A stretch of 35,532 bases of DNA from a virus. Lineage: Duplodnaviria > Heunggongvirae > Uroviricota > Caudoviricetes. Of the stretch, positions 9,109-19,352 are shown piece after piece. The stretch is taken from IMG/VR virus record IMGVR_UViG_2703718856_000009, positions 1 through 35,532 of that record; one strand, written 5' to 3'. A program made the position numbers and the translations under genes. The notes under the pieces were generated by a model, which made no database searches, had not been told where the DNA came from, and was given only the letters and a program-made list of their open reading frames with translations. Every line of letters starts with the position of its first letter. Position 1 is the first letter of the stretch.

Positions 9109-10604
9109 TATGCAGACTCCTCTGAATACTGAAGACGGAACTGGTTAACCACGGCAAAGACACGCAACTGGTTAACATAGTCAGGCGGGAACAGCGTGTT
9201 CAGGCGGTTCGGATCGCTGGCATCACGCTCCAAAACCAGGTACTGCTTAAACAGTTCGTAGTTTTCCACGATCCCCGCTCGCTCAAGCTGACGGTAGGTT
9301 GCCAGCAGTTCCCCTTTGATCACCGCCGGGGTGACAATCGCCTGACCGGGACCAAAGCGGGTACCGTCACTGGCAAGCTTGTGACGCCCGTACTTACTGG
9401 TAATGACGGATTTCAGTTTGCGCAGTACATACGCGCTGGTATGCAGCGTCTCGCTGTCGAGGTAGCTGTTATCCGCAACCCCGTAAGCGTTTTTCCTGTA
9501 CGTGGTGACATCACGCTGAATGCGCAGTACCCCGCTTTCGACATACGCCGTTGCCACGCCATGAGACAGCAGGGTCTGTTGTTCGGTCATCGTGAACCGT
9601 TTCCCCTTCGGCGCAGGCAGCATACCCACCAGCTCACCGGTCTGCGTGGGACGTGCCGGATCGTTGCGAATAAACACCGCTGCGCGGGCGGTACGGCTTG
9701 CCGCCAGCTCATCGGCAGGCGTCTGGGTGTCTTTTTCGTACCCCGCCAGGGTAATGTGCTGCTGGTTAAACTGGTCACCTGCGGTCACCAGTTCTGACAG
9801 CGTGCCGATCTTTGCCGTATACACATGACCATACAGCTGACGCGCATAGCTCCAGCGACCGCTGGTATCGTTCATCTCGGTCACCAGCGTGTTAACGGAG
9901 GCCGTGTCGTTGAACGGCAGGCCGATATAATCAAACGGCTCATCCGCCATTGCAGCCACCGCGCCGGTGAGAACCGGAGCACCCGTTCCGGCGGTACCCG
10001 TCGCCACGGCAATCTGTACGCCCGCTGGCAGCACTTCGCCCCCACCAAAGCCGTAGTAATTGAGGCTGACAGGAATTTCATTCCCGCAAAGCCCCTTATG
10101 ACGCGCGGTCAGTGTGACCACGCCTGCCGAAGATGAAGCCGTAAACGGCAGGGCCGGAACGGCATTGATGGCATCTTTGATACTGCTGGCAATCGTCGTG
10201 ACGTTATCGCCGTTGGTCACCGGAGCCTGCACGCGGGTACGTCCCACATAGACATTCACCGTGCCGCTTTCGGTTGCTTCCCCGGTCACCGTCAGCGTAA
10301 CCGTTGCCGCCGCGCCTGTGGCTTCCGGAACGGCAATCACATACAGCTCACCAAACGGGTCGGTCTGGCGATAAGCCTCGACCATACGCGCCAGCTGACT
10401 TCCCGCACCACAAATCTGGCGTGCATAGTCTGCCGACGGCATCAGCACCAGACTGTTGGCAACAATCTCTGCACCGTTATTGGCATGACCAATCAGCAGC
10501 GATGCTCCGCTGTCCTGTGCAGTATTCGCAGCCTGGTTATCCATTTCCGCATAAAACAGCGGAACCAGCGTATTCGACGGAATGGTGTTAAAGCTTATCG
10601 TCAT
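9108..10604 (-). CDS. Contractile tail sheath protein
   Basis: 498-aa ORF, size and position typical of a Mu-like sheath. Confidence 0.85.
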   Translation of the reverse strand: MTISFNTIPSNTLVPLFYAEMDNQAANTAQDSGASLLIGHANNGAEIVANSLVLMPSADYARQICGAGSQLARMVEAYRQTDPFGELYVIAVPEATGAAATVTLTVTGEATESGTVNVYVGRTRVQAPVTNGDNVTTIASSIKDAINAVPALPFTASSSAGVVTLTARHKGLCGNEIPVSLNYYGFGGGEVLPAGVQIAVATGTAGTGAPVLTGAVAAMADEPFDYIGLPFNDTASVNTLVTEMNDTSGRWSYARQLYGHVYTAKIGTLSELVTAGDQFNQQHITLAGYEKDTQTPADELAASRTARAAVFIRNDPARPTQTGELVGMLPAPKGKRFTMTEQQTLLSHGVATAYVESGVLRIQRDVTTYRKNAYGVADNSYLDSETLHTSAYVLRKLKSVITSKYGRHKLASDGTRFGPGQAIVTPAVIKGELLATYRQLERAGIVENYELFKQYLVLERDASDPNRLNTLFPPDYVNQLRVFAVVNQFRLQYSEESA

Positions 10605-10758
10605 CGGTGTTCACCTTTTTATTCACGCGCCGGATATCACCCGCTGCTTCACGGCGCAGCCAGTAGTTGTTCTCGTCAACATTTCGCCCTTCGGCGGGCA
10701 AAAGGTCGCCGCGGGCAGGGTCAGGAACTGACCGCCCTTTAACAGGTTTGACAAACAT
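10588..10758 (-). CDS. Small conserved protein preceding the sheath gene
   Basis: 56-codon ORF translated by hand (MFVKPVKGRSVPDPARGDLLPAEG...); not in the ORF track; overlaps the sheath start. Confidence 0.5.
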   Translation of the reverse strand: MFVKPVKGRSVPDPARGDLLPAEGRNVDENNYWLRREAAGDIRRVNKKVNTDDDKL

Positions 10759-10766
10759 GATGATCC

Positions 10767-11327
10767 TCAGGAAGGAAGGGGTATTTCGGTGTGATGTTCG
10801 ATATCGCCGTCAGGCCCGTTACCGGGATCGAGATAATCAACATCAATCGCCAGCGTTCGCAGTTCATCCAGACTGTTCAGGTCATCCTGCTGGCGGGTAT
10901 CGTCTTCGGTCAGCTCGCTGATGACCGAAAAATCGAACTGATAAATCAGCTCATGACGATTCAGATCCAGCAGCGTGCCGCCGTCATAGGTAATCGGGTT
11001 ACCGCACGCTTCCGGGTTCCAGCCCAGCAGAGCCTTAAAGAGCATCTGCCGGACATCGTCCACCACATCATACGAGGCAAACTGACCGCGCTCATCACGC
11101 CCGTTACTCAGTATGACAACCACGGAGAAGCCCTCTTTCAGCTCCTGCCAGTAGTCGGTCTGACTTTTGTTTTCTCCCGGAGAGTCATCACCCGGTACCA
11201 CATATGCCGCCGGGAGTTTCAACTTTCCGACCTCCGGCAGATTTTTGAACTGGGCCGCGCCTGCCACCCGGTTTTCAAAATACAGACAGCGGGCACGCAG
11301 CGCAGCAATAACAGGAGTCAGTTTCAT
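10767..11327 (-). CDS. Tail completion/terminator-like protein
   Basis: 186-aa ORF upstream of the sheath, in Mu-like order. Confidence 0.6.
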   Translation of the reverse strand: MKLTPVIAALRARCLYFENRVAGAAQFKNLPEVGKLKLPAAYVVPGDDSPGENKSQTDYWQELKEGFSVVVILSNGRDERGQFASYDVVDDVRQMLFKALLGWNPEACGNPITYDGGTLLDLNRHELIYQFDFSVISELTEDDTRQQDDLNSLDELRTLAIDVDYLDPGNGPDGDIEHHTEIPLPS

Positions 11328-11875
11328 GTTTTTTTCCTTCTTACAGGACGTAATGACCGCTGTAACTCACGGGACAGTAACTTTTGTGTCCAGTAACGAC
11401 GCTGGTCGATGACATCAGCCATAAAGTTATTACGTGGTGCCAGCCGCCAGCGGGATGAATGCTGCTTTTTCTGGCGCTTATCCTTTTTGCTCATCCCGTA
11501 TGCGGCATGACGCACACCGTAATACAGAAACGCCGGATAATACGCAGAACCTTCAGGAAAACGCCGGTTACCCTGCCCGTTTTTCTGGTTAGGGGAAATC
11601 CTGACCATCAGGCCAGAACGACGGGAGCTTTTACGGGGGACGTAATAACCTATAGAACGCGCAAGTCGTCCGGTCTGATAGCCGGGGTTTTCACCTGGAG
11701 CAGACCGACCACGTCGCATCACCAGCCGCCGGGCATCACGCATATAGACACGCCCGATTTGAACAAATGCCCTTCGGAGCCTGGCACGGTTAAACTCCAT
11801 CTCCTCCGGTTGTTTGAAATCAACGTGTAAAAATGCTGTCTGATCCACTGCGTCCTCCCATTTGTTCTTCGGCAC
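11324..11875 (-). CDS. Virion morphogenesis / neck protein (basic)
   Basis: 183-aa ORF between head-closure and tail genes. Function by position only. Confidence 0.5.
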   Translation of the reverse strand: MPKNKWEDAVDQTAFLHVDFKQPEEMEFNRARLRRAFVQIGRVYMRDARRLVMRRGRSAPGENPGYQTGRLARSIGYYVPRKSSRRSGLMVRISPNQKNGQGNRRFPEGSAYYPAFLYYGVRHAAYGMSKKDKRQKKQHSSRWRLAPRNNFMADVIDQRRYWTQKLLSRELQRSLRPVRRKKT

Positions 11876-12230
11876 CCAGTTCCGTACACTCCAGCAGCAG
11901 AAAGCGCCGCGCCCCGTTCAGATCACGCTGACGTTTCACCCGGTACACACGGTCATCACAGACCACCTCATAATCAGCAGTGATCCCCCGGCGGTAGCGA
12001 ATGGTGATGTAATGGGTGATGGCGTCCCCGGTCTGCGCGGTTTCCTGCCAGGTGGTGGCACTGGTCTGGATAACCTTCGCCCATGTCCGGAACGTAACCG
12101 GGTATTGAGGCTCCACGCCAAAGTTATCCGCGGGCATATCCACCCGCTGGCGGATCAGGACGCGTTTATTCAGTTCACCGGGGTCCGGCAGAATGTAGGT
12201 TGCGCTGGTCTGCGCCTGACGAATTTTCAT
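11820..12230 (-). CDS. Head closure / head-tail adaptor protein
   Basis: 136-aa ORF downstream of the connector gene in an HK97-like head module. Confidence 0.65.
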   Translation of the reverse strand: MKIRQAQTSATYILPDPGELNKRVLIRQRVDMPADNFGVEPQYPVTFRTWAKVIQTSATTWQETAQTGDAITHYITIRYRRGITADYEVVCDDRVYRVKRQRDLNGARRFLLLECTELGAEEQMGGRSGSDSIFTR

Positions 12231-12550
12231 TGCGGAAAGTACCTGTACGGGCCGACAAGCCAGCCAAAACTCTGCGGCATGTCGAGTTTCTCCACTTCCG
12301 TAACCGACGAGCGGTTTTCGTAAAAATGGCTGATAAGCATCAGCATCCCCAGACGAATATCATCCGGCAGGTGCAGCCCGTCCGGATCGCTGTCCGGAAT
12401 GGTTTCATCCGGTGCATAGAGCTTCCGGTTCAGATACGTTTCCGTCCGCTTTTGTGCCGCACAGGCCAGCAGTTGCAGATGGCGGTCATCAACATCGAAA
12501 TCCTCATCCAGCCGGAGTTGGGCTTTAATCTCTTCCATTGTCAGAAGCAT
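12227..12550 (-). CDS. Head-tail connector protein (gp6-like)
   Basis: 107-aa ORF following the capsid gene. Confidence 0.65.
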   Translation of the reverse strand: MLLTMEEIKAQLRLDEDFDVDDRHLQLLACAAQKRTETYLNRKLYAPDETIPDSDPDGLHLPDDIRLGMLMLISHFYENRSSVTEVEKLDMPQSFGWLVGPYRYFPQ

Positions 12551-12552
12551 AC

Positions 12553-12753
12553 TCAGCCCTCTTTACTGGTCGTGGCTTTTTTCTCTTTTGTCGCTTTACT
12601 GCTTTTTGCACTGGTTCCGCGCTCTGCTAACCCGGCCTGAAGTGCAATCTCCTGCACCCGGGCAGGAAGCGCCCCGTCGTCATACTCACCGGCCCGAATG
12701 ACCTCAACACGCATACCGTCCGGTGACCATTTCAGATCTTGTTTCAGGATCAT
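12553..12753 (-). CDS. Hypothetical small protein (Lys-rich tail)
   Basis: 66-aa ORF between capsid and connector. Confidence 0.45.
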   Translation of the reverse strand: MILKQDLKWSPDGMRVEVIRAGEYDDGALPARVQEIALQAGLAERGTSAKSSKATKEKKATTSKEG

Positions 12754-12801
12754 GATTCTTCACCCGTCAGAACAGGGGCGCGGTTCCGCGCCCCTGAGTG
12801 A

Positions 12802-14010
12802 TTACGCCACTGCAATCTTCAGCAGTTTGATGGCCTGCGAATCGACCAGCATGCCGCCGGTGCGTTTGGTGGTATAAAAACCGACAAACGGTTTATTGGT
12901 GTACGGGTCACGCAGAATGCGGGTGCCGATACGGTCAACGATGGTGTAACCCCGTTTGAAGTTACCAAATGCAATGGCTTTCGCATCAGCGGCGATATCC
13001 GGCATCTGTTCGTTTTCAGCGATACCGTAACCCGCCAGAGAGGACGGCTGCCCCAGCTCCAGCCCCGGACGCCACAGATAGTTACCCTCGCTGTCTTTCA
13101 GCAGACGGATGGCAAACAGGCTATTGTTGTTCATCATGAACTTCGCGCCTGTGCGGTGTGCCTTACGCAGCGTGTAAATCAGTTTGATAATGGCGTCTGC
13201 GGTCACCGCCGTCGCGTCGCCGGATACAATATGCTGAAGTTTGCCGAACGCCCGGACCTTATCGGTTTCATCCGTGGATTCATACGCCAGGAACCCTTTC
13301 GGCTTCTTGGTACCATCGCCGGTGGTAAAGGCAATTTCTTCCTGTTCGGCAAATTCGGTTGCCAGCTCGCTGTTGATCCATGCTTCCACGTTGAAAAAGG
13401 CATCATCCAGCATTTTCTGGGTGGCCTGCGGGTTACCGTAGATTTCCCCCATGAAAGGTTCAATCAGGCCCAGTTTTGAGGTGGCAGTCTGGGAGCGCGC
13501 GTCAGTCTCGCCAACCCATCCGGAAGCCGTGCCGCCCAGATTCACCAGTTTTTTGTAGTCGGAACCACCAACGGTGATCACCGTGGCTTCCTGGCGCATC
13601 ACCACTTCATCTTTCAGCAGGGTGAGAATGTTGCGATCCAGTGCTTCCGGCACGGCATAGCCGCCGTCTTCATCGGTGCCCACCTGTAATGCCTTGCGCT
13701 CCAGATCGCGCAGACCATCTTCACGGCCTTTACGCAGGAAGCCCACAAACGCTTCTTTATGCTCGGTGGCCAGTTTATTTTGCGCACCACCTGCCGGACG
13801 TTTCAGCTCAAGCAGCTCTTTTTCAAGATCGCTTTTGAGGTTTTCCAGCTCGCTGAGTTTCCCGTTCAGGGTTTCCACCTGCCCGGCAAGCTTGCCTTTT
13901 TCCTGCTCAATCGCATCCACGCGCTTGTCGTTCTTTGCTTTGAAGTCGTCAAACTTCTGCTGCAGCTCCTGCGCGACCTGTTCGACATCTTTAATATCAA
14001 CCGCCATCAT
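12802..14010 (-). CDS. Major capsid protein, HK97 family
   Basis: 402-aa ORF with an N-terminal coiled-coil delta-like region, directly after the prohead protease. Confidence 0.9.
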   Translation of the reverse strand: MMAVDIKDVEQVAQELQQKFDDFKAKNDKRVDAIEQEKGKLAGQVETLNGKLSELENLKSDLEKELLELKRPAGGAQNKLATEHKEAFVGFLRKGREDGLRDLERKALQVGTDEDGGYAVPEALDRNILTLLKDEVVMRQEATVITVGGSDYKKLVNLGGTASGWVGETDARSQTATSKLGLIEPFMGEIYGNPQATQKMLDDAFFNVEAWINSELATEFAEQEEIAFTTGDGTKKPKGFLAYESTDETDKVRAFGKLQHIVSGDATAVTADAIIKLIYTLRKAHRTGAKFMMNNNSLFAIRLLKDSEGNYLWRPGLELGQPSSLAGYGIAENEQMPDIAADAKAIAFGNFKRGYTIVDRIGTRILRDPYTNKPFVGFYTTKRTGGMLVDSQAIKLLKIAVA

Positions 14011-14021
14011 ATTTCTCCTGA

Positions 14022-14708
14022 TTAGAAGTTCAGATTTTTCAGTGCATTCAGTGCAGAGCCCACATCCTCAGCGTCGCGCAGGGACAGTGCGCCATAGCCC
14101 CCGGCCATGAATGCTTTGGCCTGGGTACGGGAGAGTCCGACATCACGCAGGACTCTTTCGATTTTTTTCTGTTCGGGGATTTCCCCGCGGGCCAGTGCGT
14201 TCTTGACGTCGCTGATCCGCGCCTCGTCGTTAGACGGGAACGTCACCAGGCTGACTTCCCAGAGGTCGATTTCTTTCAGCAGAAAGGCTTCTTTGCTCCG
14301 GTCGTATTCCCAGTCTTTCAGGACGTACCCAATAGAAAGGCCGGTTAACGAACCGGCCTTCATGTGTGCATGTGCGCGTTTTGCGAGGGGATCATCATCA
14401 ATAAGCAACCGTCCCCTGACGTAAAGCCCGACATCGTCTTCCTTCATTTCGGTGTAAACACCGATGGGTTCATCCATGCGGTGCTGCCAGAGCAGCGCAG
14501 GTAACGCTTTTCTGTCACTCCACGCCCGCAGGGAAGCAGCAAATGCCCCGGACATCACCACATCATCGTGGCTGTCCTTTACACCAAAGACGGAGCCATA
14601 CCCTTCAAACTCACCGGAGTCACTGACAGATTTCAGACTCAGCGGTACATCAAGACGTTGTTTCGTCTGCATTGGCGTTATCCTTCTGCTTACCGGCTTT
14701 ACTGCCAT
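14022..14708 (-). CDS. Prohead protease, HK97 family
   Basis: 228-aa ORF between portal and capsid. Confidence 0.85.
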   Translation of the reverse strand: MAVKPVSRRITPMQTKQRLDVPLSLKSVSDSGEFEGYGSVFGVKDSHDDVVMSGAFAASLRAWSDRKALPALLWQHRMDEPIGVYTEMKEDDVGLYVRGRLLIDDDPLAKRAHAHMKAGSLTGLSIGYVLKDWEYDRSKEAFLLKEIDLWEVSLVTFPSNDEARISDVKNALARGEIPEQKKIERVLRDVGLSRTQAKAFMAGGYGALSLRDAEDVGSALNALKNLNF

Positions 14709-15891
14709 CGGAGGGTTTCGTGGTCATGTTCATCGGTGTGAGATAGACATCACCACCGGGACGCGGATTCATATCTTCCAGGTCGCGGCAGTCATTGGGA
14801 GAGTAAATTCCCCAGTTGATCCCGGTGGCGTAGGCTTCAAAACGGGACTTCATATCCCCGCGCAGTAACGCCCCGGCGTTAAATTTGGCGTAATAAACGC
14901 CCTGCTTACTTTTTCGTACCAGTCCGGTGTTGATCCGCTGTTCGATGCGGGTCAGATACGGCACCAGTGAATAGTTGATAAATCCCAGCCCCAGCTCTTC
15001 GATATTGTTGAAGGTGGCGCGATCGGTGTTCTGCACCATGTGCAACGGCACCCGGAACAGACGACAGATTTCTTCAAGCTGAAACTTGCGGGTTTCCAGG
15101 AACTGGCTGTCCTCGGCGTTCAGCGCCATCGACTTCCAGTCCAGCCCCATCTCAAGGATCATCGGGCGGTGAGCATTGCCAAGCCCGGTGTGACGCTCCT
15201 CAAAATCTTTCTTCAGGCGCTCATAAGCCTGATCTGACAGCGTCTGCTCTGTACGCAACACACCCGACGTCACCGCGCCATTGCTGAACAGTCTGGCCCC
15301 GTGCTCTTCGGTCGCTGCCGCCAGCGATATTGCCTCGCGGGCATAGGCGATGGGATTCAGCCCCACCAGTCCGTCCAGCGTCAGCGTGCGCACATGCCAG
15401 ATATCCTCCTGGCTCAGTACATCCGTGGAGCCATCCGGGAATGTGACCTGATAGACCGGCTCCCAGCTACTGTTAAGCTTCGGTACCACACAGCCGGGAT
15501 CGACGGGCAGCAGTTCAGCCACTTCGCCAAATGCTTTCACTTTGTAGGCGTAAAAGTTTCCCCGCAGGCACAGACAGGTGACCACCAGCTCCCAGAACTC
15601 CTGCGGCGTCATATAGCCATTGGGATGCGTGGAGATCAGCTTATGCAGACGTTCGCCAGCGGCTCTCTGCTTCAGACTGCCGTTCAGGTGATACAGGTTG
15701 CAGGGCAACATCCCGACCGACTCCGCCAGCACCCTGACACAGGAAAAAACCGCCGTCAGTCGCATGGCCCGCTGGCTGCTGATCTGCTTTCCGGTATAGG
15801 TGTCGTAGGACAACCCGATAGCATCCGCCAGCTCTGCTGGCGTGGTCACCGGTGCGTCACTTTTTCGTTGAAATAATCCCGAAAAGAACAC
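14650..15891 (-). CDS. Portal protein, HK97 family
   Basis: 413-aa ORF downstream of the terminase genes. Confidence 0.9.
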   Translation of the reverse strand: MFFSGLFQRKSDAPVTTPAELADAIGLSYDTYTGKQISSQRAMRLTAVFSCVRVLAESVGMLPCNLYHLNGSLKQRAAGERLHKLISTHPNGYMTPQEFWELVVTCLCLRGNFYAYKVKAFGEVAELLPVDPGCVVPKLNSSWEPVYQVTFPDGSTDVLSQEDIWHVRTLTLDGLVGLNPIAYAREAISLAAATEEHGARLFSNGAVTSGVLRTEQTLSDQAYERLKKDFEERHTGLGNAHRPMILEMGLDWKSMALNAEDSQFLETRKFQLEEICRLFRVPLHMVQNTDRATFNNIEELGLGFINYSLVPYLTRIEQRINTGLVRKSKQGVYYAKFNAGALLRGDMKSRFEAYATGINWGIYSPNDCRDLEDMNPRPGGDVYLTPMNMTTKPSDGSKAGKQKDNANADETTS

Positions 15892-16073
15892 TATTTACCT
15901 CCGCCGACAGACGACTGTGTACGGTCGAGATATCGCGCCACCAGCCACGACCAGAACAGACACAACGCCCCGGCAACAACAAACCCCGCCGGGGGATAAA
16001 TCAGCCAGGCACCATACGCCAGCAAAAGCGCCCCCAGCACGCCCACCAGAGGCGCGAGAATCAGCATGATCAT
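15891..16073 (-). CDS. Small hydrophobic protein (two predicted TM segments)
   Basis: 60-aa [29 protein letters not shown]... between TerL and portal. Confidence 0.5.
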
Positions 16074-16084
16074 AATTACCTCAG

Positions 16085-17818
16085 TTAAAGCGAGCGGATC
16101 CCATAGGACTCAATGTGGTCAGACAGCGTGTCTTCTTTCTCGTACAGCATGGCTCTGCCAACCGCCATAATCAGCGCAACTGCACCATCGATTTTGTTTT
16201 CCGCCTGCTCTTTGACGGGCTTCACTAAATCATCGTTACCTGGCATGTTTTTGCCGACCACATTGCCGATACACCAGGTCATGATGGGATTGCCGTCATG
16301 ATGAAAGCGTCCCGATTCAATCGCTGCCTCCAGCTCTTTCATCGGGTCGGACATATTGGCGAAGTTCTGGACGATAGTAACGGGATTCAGGTCTTCATCA
16401 GCAAGGTCATGTGACAGCCCGGTCGCTCCGAAAGGGTCGATGGGTGACTCACTGACCGGGCTGATTTTGTTCGCCGCTTTGGCCTCTTCGAGGATGTAGC
16501 GATAATCCACCTCTGCACCATCGGTAACGGTCAGAACGCCCATTTCCACCCATTTCTGAAAGCGTTCGGCTGTCCGGCGATCTTCATTTTTCTCGACGCT
16601 ATACACCGTGTCATACGGTACCCAGAAACGCGGGGCCACACTGTAGTAATGCGTTTTACCGTCAATCTCGCGGGTATAAAGTCGCGCCATGCTGTTCATA
16701 TCCAGCTTACGCGCCAGGTCAAAGGCCAGAATGCACGGCTGCCCCTCGAACTGCTCAAGAGTCAGTGATTTATCCTCGCAGCTCTGCCAGCTCACCAGGT
16801 TGAAATACGCCGAACGCGCCGACACCCAGATATTGAGGTGTTTTGTTTTAAAGACGTTTGCCAGACGGGCGTTATTTTTCGCACGCTGCTGCTGACTTAA
16901 CAAAAATTCGCGATAAACCGACACGCCAATATTTGGATTGGCTTTTTCCAGCACCTGCGGGTCGGTCCAGTCGTCACCTTCATCAACGGTATAGATGATC
17001 CCGAACAGTTCATCGTTAGGCACCGAGCCGTTGAGCATCTCGATGACTTCCCGCCGTTTGTCGTAGCACGGCCCCTCAATGTTGTACCCGGCGGTGGTGA
17101 TGGCCCACATCAGTGGCTGACGTCGCGCCCCCATCCCGGTAAGCATTGTGGTATAAAGCGCATCGGTGGCATGCTCGTGATATTCATCAACCACGGCACA
17201 GTGGGGTGATGAACCATCACCTGGGTTGCCGATCAGCGGTTCAAACCGCGCGCCATCCTCCGGACGGTTCATGTTTGAGGCGTTAACCTCAATCCCGAAC
17301 GCTTCCGTCAGCATGGGTGTGCGTTTACACATCAGTCGCGCCGGGCGAAAGACTTCCCACGCCTGTTTCTCTGTCGTGGCACCGGAATACACTTCCGCGC
17401 CAAACTCGTTATCACAGGCAAAACAATACAGGGCAACACCGGCAGAGATTGCTGATTTGCCGTTCTTACGGGGGATTTCGGTGTACACCTCCCGGAAGCG
17501 GCGCAACCGGGTGCCTTTATTGACCCAGCCAAACGCACAGCAGATCACAAATAGCTGCCACGGCTCCAGCGTGATGGGCATCCGTTTGAATGCCCACTCC
17601 CCCTTGGTGTGCGGCAACAGCTGAATAAATTTCGCGGCCCGTTCAGCCAGGTCCTTGTCGAAGCGGTAACGAAACGACTTACTTTTTTCCGCCATCAGGT
17701 CATCAAGATGGCGCTGGCAGGCCTGAATCACAAACTGGCAGGCAACAATCTTTCCGCGCACGACATCCCGGGCATACTGATTTGCAGCATTTACGTTGGG
17801 GTAAGATTTCCGGCTCAT
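16085..17818 (-). CDS. Terminase large subunit
   Basis: 577-aa ORF directly after TerS; contains an AVVDEYHE stretch I read as a Walker B-like motif. Confidence 0.92.
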
Positions 17819-18318
17819 GATTCGATAATTTTCAGAAACGGGTTAGTGGCTTTCTTCTGCCCCGCCAGGCCAATCAGACGCTGGCGGCTGCTGGGGTCGA
17901 GTCCGAGCATTGCCCCCGTACTGCTCATCTCGGACTCCTGTTCTTTTTTGGCGGTCAGCTCCGGATTTTTGACCATGCCGCCCATTGCACCGGTGATGGT
18001 GTTGCCCTGTCTGGCAATATTTTTCACGGCACGTCGCCAGAACTCATAGGCCACGCACCACCGCTCAAGCACTGCGAGGTCAGTCACGCACAGCAGGCCC
18101 TGACCGCAGAGTTCTTTGGTTGTCAGTTGCCACATGATCGTGGCGAGAGGGAGCTCTTCTACAGCGAACCACTCCGGTGGCTCAACACCTTTGATGGGCG
18201 TAAAAACGGGTTCATCTTTGTTCAGGGCTCGCTTGCCGGGGTTTCCGGCCAGCGCCTTGCGCGCCGTTGGCTTGGGGCGACGCCCGGAACGCCCCGCCGT
18301 TCCAGCCATATGCGGCAC
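17815..18318 (-). CDS. Terminase small subunit
   Basis: 167-aa ORF immediately upstream of TerL. Confidence 0.8.
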   Translation of the reverse strand: MPHMAGTAGRSGRRPKPTARKALAGNPGKRALNKDEPVFTPIKGVEPPEWFAVEELPLATIMWQLTTKELCGQGLLCVTDLAVLERWCVAYEFWRRAVKNIARQGNTITGAMGGMVKNPELTAKKEQESEMSSTGAMLGLDPSSRQRLIGLAGQKKATNPFLKIIES

Positions 18319-18434
18319 TCCTGGTTAAATTTCATTTTTCGCGGGTATAAAAAAACGATGGGGCGGGCAGTCCGGAAGACGTCAGGTCACAGGGATTTGA
18401 CCCGCCCCTCCCCTCTGGCAGTGGGAACTGGTTC

Positions 18435-18785
18435 TTACTTCAGCCATTCACGGGCCGTCTTCGCCTTATGACACGGCCAACACAGGCTCTGTAGATTACT
18501 GTCGGCATCAGTGCCGCCACGCGCTTTAGGGATGATGTGGTCAACGGTTTTCGCCTCACGCACCACACCAGCACGCAGACATAACTGACACAGGCCTTTG
18601 TCACGCTTCAGGACACGCGCGCGGATACAGTCCCACTTCGAACCGTAGCCGCGCTGATGACGGGACTGGCCTGGCTTGTATTGCTTCCAGCCTTCGCTTT
18701 TGTGGCTTTCGCAATAGCCTGACGAGTCAGTGGTGGTATGGGAGCAGCCGCGAACACGGCAGGCTTTTGGGGTTCGTGGGGGCAT
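18435..18785 (-). CDS. HNH endonuclease (terminase-associated)
   Basis: 116-aa ORF with Cys pairs and HNH-like motif (..DHIIPKARGGTDADSNLQSLCWPCH..) next to the terminase genes. Confidence 0.85.
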   Translation of the reverse strand: MPPRTPKACRVRGCSHTTTDSSGYCESHKSEGWKQYKPGQSRHQRGYGSKWDCIRARVLKRDKGLCQLCLRAGVVREAKTVDHIIPKARGGTDADSNLQSLCWPCHKAKTAREWLK

Positions 18786-18880
18786 ATGTACTCCAATGAA
18801 GAAACCAGCGAAATAGCTGCCTTCATTCGTAGTAAACCTTTTTCATCAACGCAGTAATGGATTCTTTGAAGAGTCGCAAT

Positions 18881-18904
18881 CAATACGACTCACTAATGGG
18901 GAGG
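18881..18904 (+). promoter_or_regulatory. T7 RNAP promoter look-alike
   Basis: CAATACGACTCACTAATGGGGAGG: exact over the 14-nt core AATACGACTCACTA of the T7 consensus; the initiation region differs (TAAT for TATA). Confidence 0.4.
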
Positions 18905-18937
18905 CATGTCCAACGCGTTGGACGAGTTGCCTACTTG

Positions 18938-18960
18938 ATTTAGGTGACACTTTAGAAGGA
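18938..18960 (+). promoter_or_regulatory. SP6 RNAP promoter look-alike
   Basis: ATTTAGGTGACACTTTAGAAGGA: 20 of 21 identical to the SP6 consensus ATTTAGGTGACACTATAGAAG. Confidence 0.4.
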
Positions 18961-19006
18961 CAGAATGCCTTCCTCACTCAAATAACATCAATTAAGGAGG
19001 TTCAAC

Positions 19007-19129
19007 ATGCTTCGTTCCAAAAGTCAGTTGACTGTAATTATTACTACGTCACCTTATGCCGAAGACCTTTTCCGCTTCACTTTGAGCCTGATTCACTTCT
19101 ACCTGACCGGCTCGCCTCTATCCTTCTGA
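19007..19129 (+). CDS. Candidate 40-aa hydrophobic peptide behind a consensus RBS
   Basis: TAAGGAGGT at 18993-19001, 5 nt before the ATG; product MLRSKSQLTVIITTSPYAEDLFRFTLSLIHFYLTGSPLSF. Not in the ORF track (under 60 aa). Confidence 0.3.
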   Translation: MLRSKSQLTVIITTSPYAEDLFRFTLSLIHFYLTGSPLSF

Positions 19130-19352
19130 TCCCCGCTTTATCCAGATTGCACTGCCCTAGCGCCGACAACAGACTGACATTCAAATCTAGGCTACCCGCA
19201 TAAGTCAGCGGTTCAGAAATGGCTGGTTGCGGGGTTTCAGCGGTCAGACTCGCCGGTAACGGTATAGCCGGAACTGGCACGTAAACTGTCCGCGAACTTT
19301 CGCAACCGGTCAGCAGCGGCAGCAGGCACAGGGCGTACAGCACAATCATCAT
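19077..19352 (-). CDS. Rz1-like o-spanin (lipoprotein), overlapping Rz in another frame
   Basis: Internal start MMIVLYALCLLPLLTGC gives a signal peptide plus lipobox Cys, followed by a Pro-rich stretch. Confidence 0.55.
   Translation of the reverse strand: MMIVLYALCLLPLLTGCESSRTVYVPVPAIPLPASLTAETPQPAISEPLTYAGSLDLNVSLLSALGQCNLDKAGIRRIEASRSGRSESGSK

Noticed and set aside
18608-18883. 91-aa - strand ORF overlapping the HNH gene
   Set aside because: Overlaps the HNH endonuclease gene on the same strand in another frame and has a low-complexity Ala/Ser-rich translation.
18881-18960. T7/SP6 look-alikes as ordinary functional promoters of this prophage
   Set aside because: No single-subunit RNAP gene is in the window and both differ from consensus in the initiation region; any function needs a polymerase supplied in trans, or the region is artificial.
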